Source: Gammaproteobacteria bacterium
GTDB lineage: Bacteria > Pseudomonadota > Gammaproteobacteria > SZUA-140
Assembly (NCBI GenBank): GCA_015488555.1
Contig: WFNO01000086.1
Location: 467 to 64,466 of the forward strand
Direction: 5' to 3'
DNA: 64,000 bases
In this document: positions 41,666 to 51,487 of the stretch, piece after piece
Layout of the letters: the number at the start of each line of letters is the position of its first letter
How positions within the stretch are numbered: the first letter of the stretch is position 1
Made by a program: the position numbers and the translations under genes
Notes under the pieces: model-generated
The model's database searches: none
Told to the model about the DNA's origin: nothing
Seen by the model: only the letters and a program-made list of their open reading frames with translations

Positions 41666-42709
41666 ATGTCCCTGGGACCCGTCATGGTGGGATTGGCCGG
41701 CACCACCCTCGCCGTCGAGGAGCGCGAGATATTGTGCCACCCCCTGGTGGGTGGCGCACTGCTCTTCGAGCGCAACTACGAGTCGCCGGAGCAGGTGGCA
41801 GCGCTGTGTGCAACCATTCATGCCCTGCGCGAACCCCGCCTGCTGATTGCCGTGGACCACGAGGGCGGCCGGGTACAGCGTTTTCGGCGGGGCTTTACAC
41901 CCCTGCCTGCCGCGGCCGTGTGGGGTCGGCTCTATGACCGCGATCCTGGCCAGGCTTTGGAGATGGCCCGGGACTGTGGCTGGTTGATGGCTGCGGAACT
42001 GCGCGCCGTGGGCGTGGATCTCAGCTTTGCGCCCGTATTGGATCTGGACCGAGGGGTGAGCCGGGTGATCGGCGAGCGGGCCCTGCACCGCGATCCGGAG
42101 ACAGTGGCGACACTGGCCCGCGCCTACGGTCGGGGCATGAAGGAGGCCGGTATGACGGTCACGGGCAAACATTTTCCCGGTCATGGTGGAGTACGCGAGG
42201 ATTCACACTTACAGTTGCCGGTGGATTCGCGGGGGTTGGAGGACTTGTTGTTGGAGGACCTGCTGCCCTTCGAGCGCATGGTGCACTACGGTATGGAGTC
42301 GGTGATGACTGCCCATGTCTGTTACCAGGGTAGTGACCGGCGCATTGCCACTTTTTCCTCCTTCTGGATCGAAGAGGTGTTGCGCGGGCAACTGGGTTTT
42401 CAGGGTGCCGTGTTCAGCGACGATCTGGCCATGGCGGCCGCCGCTGGCCCAGGCGATCTGGCGGCGCGGGCCCGTGCCGCGCTGGCCGCCGGCTGTGACA
42501 TGGTCCTGGTGTGTCAGGAACGCGCCCATGCCGAGGTGGTGCTGGACGATCTGGGATCGTGGTCCAATCCCGTCACCCGCCTGCGCCTGGCGCGCCTGCA
42601 CGGGCGGCCGGCGCCGACACGGGACGAGTTGTTGCGGGATCCCCGCTGGCGTGAGACGGCGGCCCGGGTGAGTGCTTGTGACAGGTCCCGCGATCTGAAA
42701 TTGCTTTGA
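41666..42709 (+). CDS. nagZ: Beta-N-acetylhexosaminidase (peptidoglycan recycling)
   Basis: Colinear with E. coli NagZ (LGPVM..., VAVDHEGGRVQRFRRGFT, KHFPGHG). Confidence 0.9.
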   Translation: MSLGPVMVGLAGTTLAVEEREILCHPLVGGALLFERNYESPEQVAALCATIHALREPRLLIAVDHEGGRVQRFRRGFTPLPAAAVWGRLYDRDPGQALEMARDCGWLMAAELRAVGVDLSFAPVLDLDRGVSRVIGERALHRDPETVATLARAYGRGMKEAGMTVTGKHFPGHGGVREDSHLQLPVDSRGLEDLLLEDLLPFERMVHYGMESVMTAHVCYQGSDRRIATFSSFWIEEVLRGQLGFQGAVFSDDLAMAAAAGPGDLAARARAALAAGCDMVLVCQERAHAEVVLDDLGSWSNPVTRLRLARLHGRPAPTRDELLRDPRWRETAARVSACDRSRDLKLL

Positions 42710-42769
42710 CTCTGCGGCTGCGGTACGCAGGCGGGCTGTGAAAAGAAAAATAGAGGAGAAGAATCGTCG

Positions 42770-43783
42770 ATGAAACGCTACTCGTTCTGGTGGTTGTTCT
42801 TGCTTCTGGTCAGTGGTATGGCACGGGCCTTCGAGCCGTTCCAGCCCTTACCACAGCACCCGCCCATCCCTGCCGGCAATCCGCTCACCGAGGCCAAGGT
42901 GGCGCTGGGGCGTCTGCTCTACTTCGATCCCAGGCTGTCGTTTACGGGCGTCTTGAGCTGCAACAGTTGCCACGATCTGTTCGCTGGCGGCGACGACGGA
43001 CGCCCGCGTTCCACCGGGGCGTTGGGAGAGATAGGCCGCCGCAATACCCCCACCCTCTGGAACGTCGCCTTTCAGACCGTGTATTTCTGGGATGGCCGGG
43101 CCCCGACTCTGGAACTGGCGGTGCGGGAACAGCTCTTCAGCCGAACCGAGATGGGTATGCCCAACGAGGCCACGCTGCTGGCCCGCGTACGGGCCATCGC
43201 CGCCTATCGCCAGCGTTTCGCGACGGCCTTCGGCGAGGGGGAGATTACCACCGAACAAATCACCATGGCCCTGGCCAGTTACATCCGTACCCTGACCACT
43301 CCAGGTGGTCCCTTCGATCGTTATCTGCAGGGCGAGGCCCAGGCCATCTCTCCCGAGGCCGAACGCGGTTTCCGGGAATTCGTGGAGGTGGGTTGTGCCT
43401 CCTGCCATTTCTGGGTCAACCTTTCCGGGCCGGTCCCAGGATTGGCCCTCGAGATGGGGCAGGGTTTCTACGAGCTGTTCCCCAATTTCATCGGCAGCCC
43501 ATACGATGCGCAATACGGCCTGCTGGAGGATCTGGGACGTTTTTCCGTAACCGGCGATCCGGGGCATACCTATATGTGGCGCGTGCCCACTTTGCGCAAC
43601 ATCGCCGAGACGGCCCCGTATTTCCACAACGGGGCGGTGGCCACTCTGGAAGAGGCGGTGCGGGTCATGGCCAAGACCCAGCTGGGAAAGGAATTGAGCG
43701 TTCAACAGCTGGCAGACATCGTTGCCTTTCTCAGAACGCTGACAGGGGAATTCCCGTCCGTGGAGCGGCCCCGCCTGCCGTGA
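42770..43783 (+). CDS. Di-haem cytochrome c peroxidase (CCP/MauG family), periplasmic
   Basis: Signal peptide plus two CxxCH haem motifs (CNSCH, CASCH), with a conserved Trp/His arrangement. Confidence 0.85.
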   Translation: MKRYSFWWLFLLLVSGMARAFEPFQPLPQHPPIPAGNPLTEAKVALGRLLYFDPRLSFTGVLSCNSCHDLFAGGDDGRPRSTGALGEIGRRNTPTLWNVAFQTVYFWDGRAPTLELAVREQLFSRTEMGMPNEATLLARVRAIAAYRQRFATAFGEGEITTEQITMALASYIRTLTTPGGPFDRYLQGEAQAISPEAERGFREFVEVGCASCHFWVNLSGPVPGLALEMGQGFYELFPNFIGSPYDAQYGLLEDLGRFSVTGDPGHTYMWRVPTLRNIAETAPYFHNGAVATLEEAVRVMAKTQLGKELSVQQLADIVAFLRTLTGEFPSVERPRLP

Positions 43784-43821
43784 TCCTGTTTCGCCGCTTG
43801 CGGTGACCGCCGGTTGAGCGG

Positions 43822-44694
43822 TTAGGGATTTTGTTGCCCTTGGACGATCTGGATCTCACTCTTTTGACGCAGGGCTTCGATATGGCGGGCGAGGCGCTCG
43901 TTCTGCAGGATCTGGCGGGCCTTGTCACGGGCGGCCTCGAAGGGTGGCGGCGGCACCTCGCGGGTGGCATCCAGTTTAACTATATGCCAGCCGAAACGGG
44001 TGTGCACAGGCTCGCGCGAATAATCACCGGGCTTCAAAGCCAGTACCGCGGCGCGAAAGGGTGGGATCATTTCCTGAGGAGAGAACCAGCTCAGGCGGCC
44101 GCCGTCCTTGGACGAGGCGTCGATGGACTTTTGCTTGGCCAGGGCCTCGAAGTCGGCCCCCTGTTCCAGTTGCTGAATGATCTCGCGCGCTTCCTCTTCC
44201 GTACGCACCAGGATATGGCGGGGCAGGTATTCCAGCGTGGGTTTGCTCAGATACTTTTCGTAGGCCTGGCGCAGATCCTCTTCCGTGAACGGCTGGTTGA
44301 TGATCTGCTGGGCACTGAAACTGGCCAGGATGTTGCGCCGGTGGTTGTCGATGACGATGGCCACTTCCGGCACCTTGTCGTAGCCCTTTTCCAGAGCCTC
44401 TTGGTAGATGAGTTCGCGATTGATGTATTCTGACAGCAGTCTGCGCAGTTGATCCGTGTTGAGACGGCCGTCTTGCAGGCGGTTGCCGGTGCGGATGTTG
44501 ACGAAGGTGCGGAAGTCCTGCTTGGTGAGTGCCTTGCCGTTGATGATGGCAATGAGGTCGTCTTGCGGTTTGGGGGAAGTGGCGTTCCTGGCGGAGGCGG
44601 GTTCGGCGGCCGGAGCTGGCGGGGGCGCCAGCATGAACGCGAAGACGAGGCCCGGCAGGGCGGCAGGCGAGAACAGGCGAGTCATTGATAGCAT
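43822..44694 (-). CDS. Periplasmic parvulin-type peptidyl-prolyl cis-trans isomerase (PpiC/SurA-like)
   Basis: Signal peptide (MLSMTRLFSPAALPGLVFAFMLA) and rotamase domain (HILVRTEEEA..., FGWHIVKL). Trimmed from ORF 43822..44853. Confidence 0.75.
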   Translation of the reverse strand: MLSMTRLFSPAALPGLVFAFMLAPPPAPAAEPASARNATSPKPQDDLIAIINGKALTKQDFRTFVNIRTGNRLQDGRLNTDQLRRLLSEYINRELIYQEALEKGYDKVPEVAIVIDNHRRNILASFSAQQIINQPFTEEDLRQAYEKYLSKPTLEYLPRHILVRTEEEAREIIQQLEQGADFEALAKQKSIDASSKDGGRLSWFSPQEMIPPFRAAVLALKPGDYSREPVHTRFGWHIVKLDATREVPPPPFEAARDKARQILQNERLARHIEALRQKSEIQIVQGQQNP

Positions 44695-44766
44695 GTGTTG
44701 TGTGTCCTTGTCGCTGTCTTGTCTACTATGACCCTGAAAACAGTCTGGGCGTTCACTAGCAGGGCG

Positions 44767-44801
44767 AAAAAATCCGACCCTGCGGTCATGTGCGAGGGTC
44801 G
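44767..44801 (-). terminator. Putative intrinsic terminator for yciI-like gene (hairpin CGACCCT...AGGGTCG followed by T6 on the minus strand)
   Basis: 7-bp stem with a 13-nt loop. On the minus strand it is followed by GATTTTTT, directly downstream of the yciI-like stop. Confidence 0.4.
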
Positions 44802-44849
44802 TGCTCGGAAATCGTATCCAAGGGTCGCAGCCGGTGGCCGAGCCTGTCG

Positions 44850-45155
44850 TCACGGCCCCAGGACCTTGATGAAGGGTTTAACGGTCACACGCCGATAAAC
44901 TCCAGCCAGTCGGTAGGGGTCCTGATCGGCCCATTCACGGGCCTCTTCCAGGGAGCCGAACTCGGCGACGATGAGACTGCCGGTGAAGCCGGCGAGGCCT
45001 GGATCCTCACCGTCGACGGCCGGATGCGGCCCGGCCAGCAACAGGCGCCCTGCCTTCTGCAGGGCCTCCAGGCGTTCCAGGTGAGCAGCGCGGTTGGCCA
45101 GTCGCGCGTTCAGGGTGCCGGGGGCGTCCTCGGCGAAAATGGCATAGTACAACAT
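44850..45155 (-). CDS. YciI-like protein
   Basis: About 100-aa YciI-family core (MLYYAIFAEDAPG..., GPYRLAGVY). Trimmed from ORF 44850..45365. Confidence 0.7.
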   Translation of the reverse strand: MLYYAIFAEDAPGTLNARLANRAAHLERLEALQKAGRLLLAGPHPAVDGEDPGLAGFTGSLIVAEFGSLEEAREWADQDPYRLAGVYRRVTVKPFIKVLGP

Positions 45156-45283
45156 GTCGGGGGTCTTCTCCTGTGTTTTGCGTTGCTGATTCGGGGTTGT
45201 GTCGCGAGCGAATGACCGGGTCTGGATGCCGGCCAGCAACGGCGGTGGGCCGTGCAGTGTAGTCTGTGTCATAATCGATCGAA

Positions 45284-46204
45284 ATGAGTATACCAGAGCC
45301 CGCGCATACGACCTTGAATTACGATTTGCACAGCCATTCCACCGCTTCCGACGGGGTACTGTCACCCGCTGCCCTGGTGCGCCGCGCCTACGCCTGTGGC
45401 GTGGGCGTGTTGGCCCTCACGGATCACGATGTGGTGGACGGGATCGCCGAGGCCCGTCGCGAGGCGGCCGTGCTGGGTCTGATTTTGGTGCCAGGGGTGG
45501 AGATCTCCGTGACCTGGGAAGGCTGCTTGATCCATGTCCTGGGGCTGGGTATCGATCCGGACGATGCCGTGCTCCAGGAGGGCTTGCAAGTGCTGCGCCA
45601 GCGGCGCCGGCAGCGTGCCCTGGAGATCGGCCGGCGCCTGGAACGCCTGGGCATCCCTGGCGCCTATGAAGGGGCCCTGGCCCTGGCGGGAGGCGATGTC
45701 GTGAGTCGTTCCCATTTTGCCCGTTACCTGGTGGCGCAAGGTTTCGGGTCCGATTGCCGCAAGGTGTTCGAGCACTATCTTGGGCGAGGCAAGCCGGCCT
45801 ACGTTCCTTATCAGTGGGCGGCCTTACAGGAAGCTGTGCATTGGATTCGCACCGCGGGTGGCCAGGCAGTGGTGGCGCACCCTGCACGCTATCGCATGGG
45901 GGCGCGTACCTTCTCGGCCTTTCTCGAGGCCTTCGTGGACGCCGGCGGTTGTGGATTAGAGGTGGTCTCCAGCAGCCATACTCCCAGGGATTGCCGCAAT
46001 ATGGCCCGTTGGGCGTGCCGCTTCGGCTTGCGCGCATCTCTGGGGTCCGATTTCCACGGTCCCGGCGAGGGCGCGGCCGAACTGGGGGACATTGCGCCGT
46101 TGCCGCTGGAATGCGAACCCATCTGGGTGGACTGGGATCTAAAGCGGTGGCAGCCGGAGCAATGGAATGTGCGAAAGCCTGGCCGCACGTGCGCTGGGAT
46201 CTGA
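45284..46204 (+). CDS. yciV: PHP-domain phosphoesterase YciV/TrpH (RNase AM-like)
   Basis: YDLHSHSTASDG N-terminal PHP motif with metal-binding His/Asp throughout; colinear with E. coli TrpH/YciV. Confidence 0.85.
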   Translation: MSIPEPAHTTLNYDLHSHSTASDGVLSPAALVRRAYACGVGVLALTDHDVVDGIAEARREAAVLGLILVPGVEISVTWEGCLIHVLGLGIDPDDAVLQEGLQVLRQRRRQRALEIGRRLERLGIPGAYEGALALAGGDVVSRSHFARYLVAQGFGSDCRKVFEHYLGRGKPAYVPYQWAALQEAVHWIRTAGGQAVVAHPARYRMGARTFSAFLEAFVDAGGCGLEVVSSSHTPRDCRNMARWACRFGLRASLGSDFHGPGEGAAELGDIAPLPLECEPIWVDWDLKRWQPEQWNVRKPGRTCAGI

Positions 46205-46839
46205 TGGAGCGCCGTATGCAATACCTGGTCGTCCATCCCCGCAATCCCCAGCTCCGGGCCATCACCCAGGCGGTGGCCGCCTTGCGCCAGGGCGGCATTG
46301 TGGTCTATCCCACCGATTCCAGTTATGCACTCGGTTGCCAGCTGGGCGACAAAGCGGCCCTGGCGCGCATCCGGCGCATCCGTCAACTGGACGAGCAGCA
46401 CAATTTCACGCTCATGTGCCAGGACCTCTCGGAATTGGCCACCTATGCGCGGGTGCACAACCAGGCCTTCCGCCTGCTCAAGGCGCTCACTCCTGGTCCC
46501 TACACTTTCATTCTCGCGGCCAGCCGCGAGGTCCCACGACGGCTGCAGCATTCCAGGCGCAAGACCATCGGTCTGCGCGTGCCCGATCATCCCATCGCCC
46601 AGGCCCTCTTGGCCGCCCTGGGTGAACCTATGTTGAGTGTCACCCTCATCCTGCCCGGAGACGAGTGGCCGCTGACAGATCCTGAAGAGATTCGCGAACG
46701 CCTGGGCAAGCAGGTGGACGTCGCCATCGATGGTGGCTCTTGTGGTCACGAACCTACCACGGTCATCGACCTTACGGGCGAGGTGCCGGTGGTGTTGCGC
46801 CAGGGTAAGGGATCGGTGGACTTCCTCGGGGATCGATAG
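46204..46839 (+). CDS. yciO: YciO/YrdC-family (Sua5-like) threonylcarbamoyl-AMP synthase paralogue
   Basis: ATG overlaps the yciV stop (TGATG). YrdC fold motifs (VVYPTDSSYALGC, TVIDLTG). Confidence 0.85.
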   Translation: MERRMQYLVVHPRNPQLRAITQAVAALRQGGIVVYPTDSSYALGCQLGDKAALARIRRIRQLDEQHNFTLMCQDLSELATYARVHNQAFRLLKALTPGPYTFILAASREVPRRLQHSRRKTIGLRVPDHPIAQALLAALGEPMLSVTLILPGDEWPLTDPEEIRERLGKQVDVAIDGGSCGHEPTTVIDLTGEVPVVLRQGKGSVDFLGDR

Positions 46840-46968
46840 CGGGATGAGGGGTATGGGGACACAGGATTGCAATGAAGCAAGCTGTGGTAGGTGGCTGGCT
46901 GCATTGCAGCGAGGCGGGAACAGGCCGCAAAGGAATCGAGTTTGCAAGGGCAGGGGTATAATGGGCCG

Positions 46969-47661
46969 ATGGACGAGGTCAATCTGATTCAGCGGATCGT
47001 GATTTGGGCCTTGCCCGTGCTCTTCGCCATCACCGTACATGAAGTGGCGCACGGCTGGATGGCCCTCAAACTGGGCGATCGCACGGCCATGATGCTGGGC
47101 CGTCTGACCCTCAACCCCATCAAACACATCGATCCCATTGGCACGCTGCTGGTGCCGGCTCTCATGCTCCTGGTGGGGGGGTTCATCTTCGGTTGGGCCA
47201 AGCCGGTGCCGGTGACCTGGGAGAACCTGCGCCAGCCCAAACGGGACATGGCCCTGGTGGCGGCCGCCGGCCCACTCGCTAATTTAGCCATGATGGTTTT
47301 CTGGGTGGTGGTACTGAAACTGGGCCTTGCTCTGGCCGAGGACTTCTCCTGGGTGGCCCAACCCTTAACCTACATGAGTGTGGCTGGGATTTTCATCAAC
47401 GTCGTGCTCATGGTACTCAATCTGTTACCTCTGCCTCCACTGGACGGGGGCCGGGTGGTCTCGGGATTGTTGCCGGACCGCCTGGCCTGGCACTACAACC
47501 GCATCGAACCCTATGGATTTCTGATCCTGCTGGTATTGTTCTTTACCCAAGTGCTGGGCAAGATCATGTGGCCCATCATCTCGGCAGTGTTCGGCGGGCT
47601 TTTCCTGGTGGCGGCAGTACCATGGGATCTGTTCATGAATATCCTGCAGGCCATCATTTGA
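46969..47661 (+). CDS. Site-2 protease family zinc metalloprotease (M50)
   Basis: HEVAHG zinc motif, multiple TM helices and an LDGGRV motif. Trimmed from ORF 46891..47661. Confidence 0.75.
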   Translation: MDEVNLIQRIVIWALPVLFAITVHEVAHGWMALKLGDRTAMMLGRLTLNPIKHIDPIGTLLVPALMLLVGGFIFGWAKPVPVTWENLRQPKRDMALVAAAGPLANLAMMVFWVVVLKLGLALAEDFSWVAQPLTYMSVAGIFINVVLMVLNLLPLPPLDGGRVVSGLLPDRLAWHYNRIEPYGFLILLVLFFTQVLGKIMWPIISAVFGGLFLVAAVPWDLFMNILQAII

Positions 47662-47768
47662 GTAAGACCTATCTCCGATAAAATTCCCCGCGGTGACGCA
47701 CCGGGCAATTCTCGGTGGGGTGTCATAGCATGGGTTTTTAACGTATCGATGAAGGAGGAGACTGTTCT

Positions 47769-48989
47769 TTGATCACTGTTGCAGCTCAGAATCAACGGGT
47801 ATTGTCGGGAATGCGGCCCACGGGGCGCCTGCACCTGGGCCATTATCATGGCGTGCTGAAAAACTGGCTGGAATTGCAACACGAATACGAATGCTTCTTT
47901 TTCGTCGCCGACTGGCATGCCCTGACCACCGAATACGAGAACAAGGACGTCATCGCCGAGAACGTCTGGGAGATGGTGATCGACTGGCTGGCGGTGGGGA
48001 TCAATCCCGGCATGGCCCGCTTGTTCATCCAGTCGCGGGTGCCGGAGCACGCCGAATTGCATCTGCTGTTGTCCATGATCACCCCACTGGGCTGGCTGGA
48101 ACGGGTGCCCAGCTATAAGGACCAGCAGGAGAAGCTGCGCGAGAAGGACCTGGATACCTACGGTTTCCTGGGCTATCCCCTGCTGCAGAGTGCCGACATC
48201 CTCATCTACAAGGCCGGCCTGGTACCGGTTGGCGAGGACCAGGTGGCCCATATCGAGCTGACCCGCGAGGTGGCCCGGCGCTTCAATCACCTGTACGGCC
48301 GGGAGGCGGATTTCGTAGCCAGGGCGGAGGCGGCGGTCAAGAAGATGGGCAAGAAAAATGCGAAAATCTACATGGAGTTGAGGAAACAATATCAGGAACA
48401 AGGTGACCAGGATGCCCTGGCCAAGGCGCGCGCCCTGCTGGAGGCCCAGCAGAATATCACCCTGGGGGATCGGGAGCGGCTGTTCGGTTACCTGGAGGGG
48501 GAAGGCAAGATGATCCTGCCCGAGCCCCAGGCCCTGCTCACCCCGACGCCCAAGATGCCGGGACTGGACGGCCAGAAGATGTCCAAGTCCTATGGCAACA
48601 CCATCGGCCTGCGCGAGGATCCGGCCGTGGTGGAGAAGAAGCTCCGCACCATGCCCACGGATCCGGCCCGCGTGCGGCGTACGGATCCAGGAGATCCGGA
48701 AAAATGCCCGGTGTGGGGCTTCCATCAGATATACTCCAGCGAGGAGACCCGGGCCTGGGTGATGGAAGGATGCCGCAGTGCCGGCATCGGTTGTCTGGAT
48801 TGCAAGCGGCCGGTGATCGAAGCGGTGCTGGCCGAACAGGCACCCATCCGGGAACGGGCCGAGGAGTTCGCCGGCAATCCGGACGTGGTGCGCAACATCC
48901 TCAACGAGGGCTGCGAGGCGGCCCGGGACGTAGCGCGCGAGACCATGGAAGAGGTGCGTGCGGCGGTGGGACTGGTCTACGATCTTTGA
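47769..48989 (+). CDS. trpS: Tryptophanyl-tRNA synthetase (long form)
   Basis: TTG start after a GGAGGAG RBS. HIGH-type motif (LHLGHY), FFVADWHALTT and KMSKS; the N-terminus aligns with E. coli TrpS. Confidence 0.9.
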   Translation: MITVAAQNQRVLSGMRPTGRLHLGHYHGVLKNWLELQHEYECFFFVADWHALTTEYENKDVIAENVWEMVIDWLAVGINPGMARLFIQSRVPEHAELHLLLSMITPLGWLERVPSYKDQQEKLREKDLDTYGFLGYPLLQSADILIYKAGLVPVGEDQVAHIELTREVARRFNHLYGREADFVARAEAAVKKMGKKNAKIYMELRKQYQEQGDQDALAKARALLEAQQNITLGDRERLFGYLEGEGKMILPEPQALLTPTPKMPGLDGQKMSKSYGNTIGLREDPAVVEKKLRTMPTDPARVRRTDPGDPEKCPVWGFHQIYSSEETRAWVMEGCRSAGIGCLDCKRPVIEAVLAEQAPIRERAEEFAGNPDVVRNILNEGCEAARDVARETMEEVRAAVGLVYDL

Positions 48990-49060
48990 GGGGGATCTTT
49001 GACGGGGATCTTTGACGGGAGAGAGGCAGGCGCTGCCCGCTCCAGGCTTTTCGAAACACG

Positions 49061-49912
49061 ATGACCGAGATGCAGGACGAATCCCGAAGCGAGCCCCGGC
49101 AGCAGGAGATGCCCTTCGCCCTGGTCATGGGGCAGGCCGTCACCGAGCCGCCGCGCGACCTCTACATTCCCCCGGACGCGCTGGAGGTCTTTCTGGAGGC
49201 CTTCGAGGGGCCGCTGGATCTGTTGCTCTATCTCATCAAGCGCCAGAACCTGGACATCCTCGAGATCCCCATCGCCGAGATCACCCGCCAGTACATGGAA
49301 TACATCGAGATGATGCGGGAACTGCGCCTGGAACTGGCCGCCGAGTATCTGGTCATGGCCGCCATGCTGGCGGAGATCAAGTCCCGCATGTTGTTGCCCC
49401 GGCCCGCCGATGCCGAAGAGGAGGAAGATCCTCGTGCCGAACTGGTGCGGCGCCTGCAGGAGTACGAGCGTTTCAAGAAGGCCGCCGAGGAACTGGATGC
49501 CTTGCCGCGCCTGGAACGCGACGTGTTCCCGGTGGCCGCCGCGCCTCCCGCCCAGCGGGTGGTGAAGCTGGAACCCAAGGTGGAGTTGCGGGACATCCTA
49601 CTCTCCTTCCAGGAGGTGATGGCCCGTGCGGCCATGTATGCCCACCATCACGTGCAACTGGAACCGCTGTCGGTACGCGAGCGCATGAGCGACATCCTGG
49701 AAGGGCTGGATCCCGAGCATTTCACCCCCTTCACCGCCTTGTTCACCCCGGAGGAGGGGCGCCGCGGCGTGGTGGTGACCCTGCTGGCCATCCTGGAACT
49801 GGTGAAGGAATCCCTCATCGAACTGGTACAGACCGAGGCCTACGGGCCCCTCTATGTCAAGGCACCGCAATCCATTCATGCACCGATCCCCGATGAGTCC
49901 ACAGCAACTTAA
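49061..49912 (+). CDS. scpA: Segregation and condensation protein A (kleisin)
   Basis: LEVFLEAFEGPLDLLLYLIKRQNLDILEIPIAEIT is the canonical ScpA N-terminus. Confidence 0.85.
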   Translation: MTEMQDESRSEPRQQEMPFALVMGQAVTEPPRDLYIPPDALEVFLEAFEGPLDLLLYLIKRQNLDILEIPIAEITRQYMEYIEMMRELRLELAAEYLVMAAMLAEIKSRMLLPRPADAEEEEDPRAELVRRLQEYERFKKAAEELDALPRLERDVFPVAAAPPAQRVVKLEPKVELRDILLSFQEVMARAAMYAHHHVQLEPLSVRERMSDILEGLDPEHFTPFTALFTPEEGRRGVVVTLLAILELVKESLIELVQTEAYGPLYVKAPQSIHAPIPDESTAT

Positions 49913-50603
49913 GAACATCGTCGAGGCCGCCTTGTTCGCGGCCGCCCGTCCGCTGAGCCTGGATCAGATCCTGAAGCTGTTTCCGGAGGAGGAACGGCCG
50001 GAACGCGGGGCCGTGCGGGACGTGCTGGCCACCCTGGAGGAGGAATGGTCCGGGCGCGGCCTCGAACTGAAACAGGTGGGCAGCGGTTACCGCTTCCAGG
50101 TGCGCCAGGAACTGGCGCCGTGGATCGGCCGACTCCACGAAGAGCGGCCGCCCCGTTATTCCCGCGCGCTGCTGGAGACCCTGGCCCTCATCGTCTACCG
50201 CCAGCCCATCACCCGGGCGGGCATCGAGGAGATTCGCGGGGTGGCCGTGAGTTCTTCCATCATGAAGACCCTGCTGGAACGCGAATGGATCCGGGTGGTG
50301 GGGCACCGGGACGTGCCGGGCCGTCCCGCGCTCTACGGGACCACCAAGAAATTCCTGGACGATTTCAATCTCAAGAGCCTGTCGGAACTGCCCCCGCTGG
50401 CCGAGATCCAGCCCGCCGATCCCGCCCAGCGCGAACTGGCCCTCGAAGGCCTCGCTGCGCCGGATGACGCCAAAGAAGTCCAGCCGGAGACACCCGCCGG
50501 GCCTGCGGTGCAGGAACCGGCCAAGGAGGAGCGGGCGCCTGCCGGTGAGACACCCCGGGCCGCCGACCAGACCGATGAGGAAGAAGTCGCCGCTGAAGCC
50601 TGA
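49893..50603 (+). CDS. scpB: Segregation and condensation protein B
   Basis: [18 protein letters not shown]... and tandem winged-helix domains. Overlaps the scpA 3' end by 20 nt. Confidence 0.85.
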   Translation: MSPQQLKNIVEAALFAAARPLSLDQILKLFPEEERPERGAVRDVLATLEEEWSGRGLELKQVGSGYRFQVRQELAPWIGRLHEERPPRYSRALLETLALIVYRQPITRAGIEEIRGVAVSSSIMKTLLEREWIRVVGHRDVPGRPALYGTTKKFLDDFNLKSLSELPPLAEIQPADPAQRELALEGLAAPDDAKEVQPETPAGPAVQEPAKEERAPAGETPRAADQTDEEEVAAEA

Positions 50604-51483
50604 TCGTTTCCGCCGTCGTTCCCGCACACGCGCAGTCCCTCCCGCTCCGCTGGCATCGAGCCGAACCCGCGGGTCTCGCCCGGGACGTCTGGAGCAGGAC
50701 GGGCCGGCGGATCCGGACCACGCAGCGCGGGCGGGCGAGCGCGTCCAGAAGGTTCTGGCCCGCCTGGGTCACGGCTCGCGCCGCGAGATCGAGCAGTGGA
50801 TGGCGGCGGGGCGTATCCGGATCAACGGGCGCCCGGCGCAGCCCGGCGCGCGCATCGCGCCGGGCGACGTGGTGGAGCTGGACGGGCGCCGCCTGTCCCT
50901 GGCCGGGAGCGGGCCGCGCCCTCTGCGGGTGCTCGCCTATCACAAGCCGGTGGGAGAGCTGTGCACCCGCCGCGATCCCGGGGGCCGGCCCACGGTCTTC
51001 GACCGCCTCCCCGCGGGCAAGGGAGGGGAGCGCTGGGTGGCGGTGGGGCGCCTGGATCTCAACACCAGCGGCCTGCTGCTCTTCACCAACGACGGCACCC
51101 TGGCCCATCGCCTCATGCACCCTTCCGGTACCGTGGAGCGGGAATACGCCGTGCGCGTGCGCGGGATGGCCGATACCGCCGTTCTCGACCGCCTGCGCGC
51201 CGGGGTGATGCTGGAAGACGGGCCGGCGCGCTTCGAGCGCATCCACTATGCGGGGGGGCGGGGTGCCAATCACTGGTATCACGTAGTGCTGCGGGAAGGG
51301 CGCAAGCGCGAGGTGCGGCGCCTGTGGGAATCACAAGGGCTGCAGGTGAGCCGGCTCATCCGCGTGCGCTATGGGCCGGTGTGCCTGGAGCGGGGCTTGC
51401 GTCCCGGCTGCTGGCGGGAACTGGACGAACGCGAGGTACGCGCCCTGCAGCAGGCCTGTGCCGTACAGCCCGCCCGCTCGTAG
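50575..51483 (+). CDS. rluB: 23S rRNA pseudouridine(2605) synthase RluB
   Basis: S4 domain ([21 protein letters not shown]) and RsuA-family catalytic core ([20 protein letters not shown]); colinear with E. coli RluB. The ORF carries an Arg-rich N-terminal region; start uncertain (ATG 50575). Confidence 0.8.
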   Translation: MRKKSPLKPDRFRRRSRTRAVPPAPLASSRTRGSRPGRLEQDGPADPDHAARAGERVQKVLARLGHGSRREIEQWMAAGRIRINGRPAQPGARIAPGDVVELDGRRLSLAGSGPRPLRVLAYHKPVGELCTRRDPGGRPTVFDRLPAGKGGERWVAVGRLDLNTSGLLLFTNDGTLAHRLMHPSGTVEREYAVRVRGMADTAVLDRLRAGVMLEDGPARFERIHYAGGRGANHWYHVVLREGRKREVRRLWESQGLQVSRLIRVRYGPVCLERGLRPGCWRELDEREVRALQQACAVQPARS

Positions 51484-51487
51484 TCCC

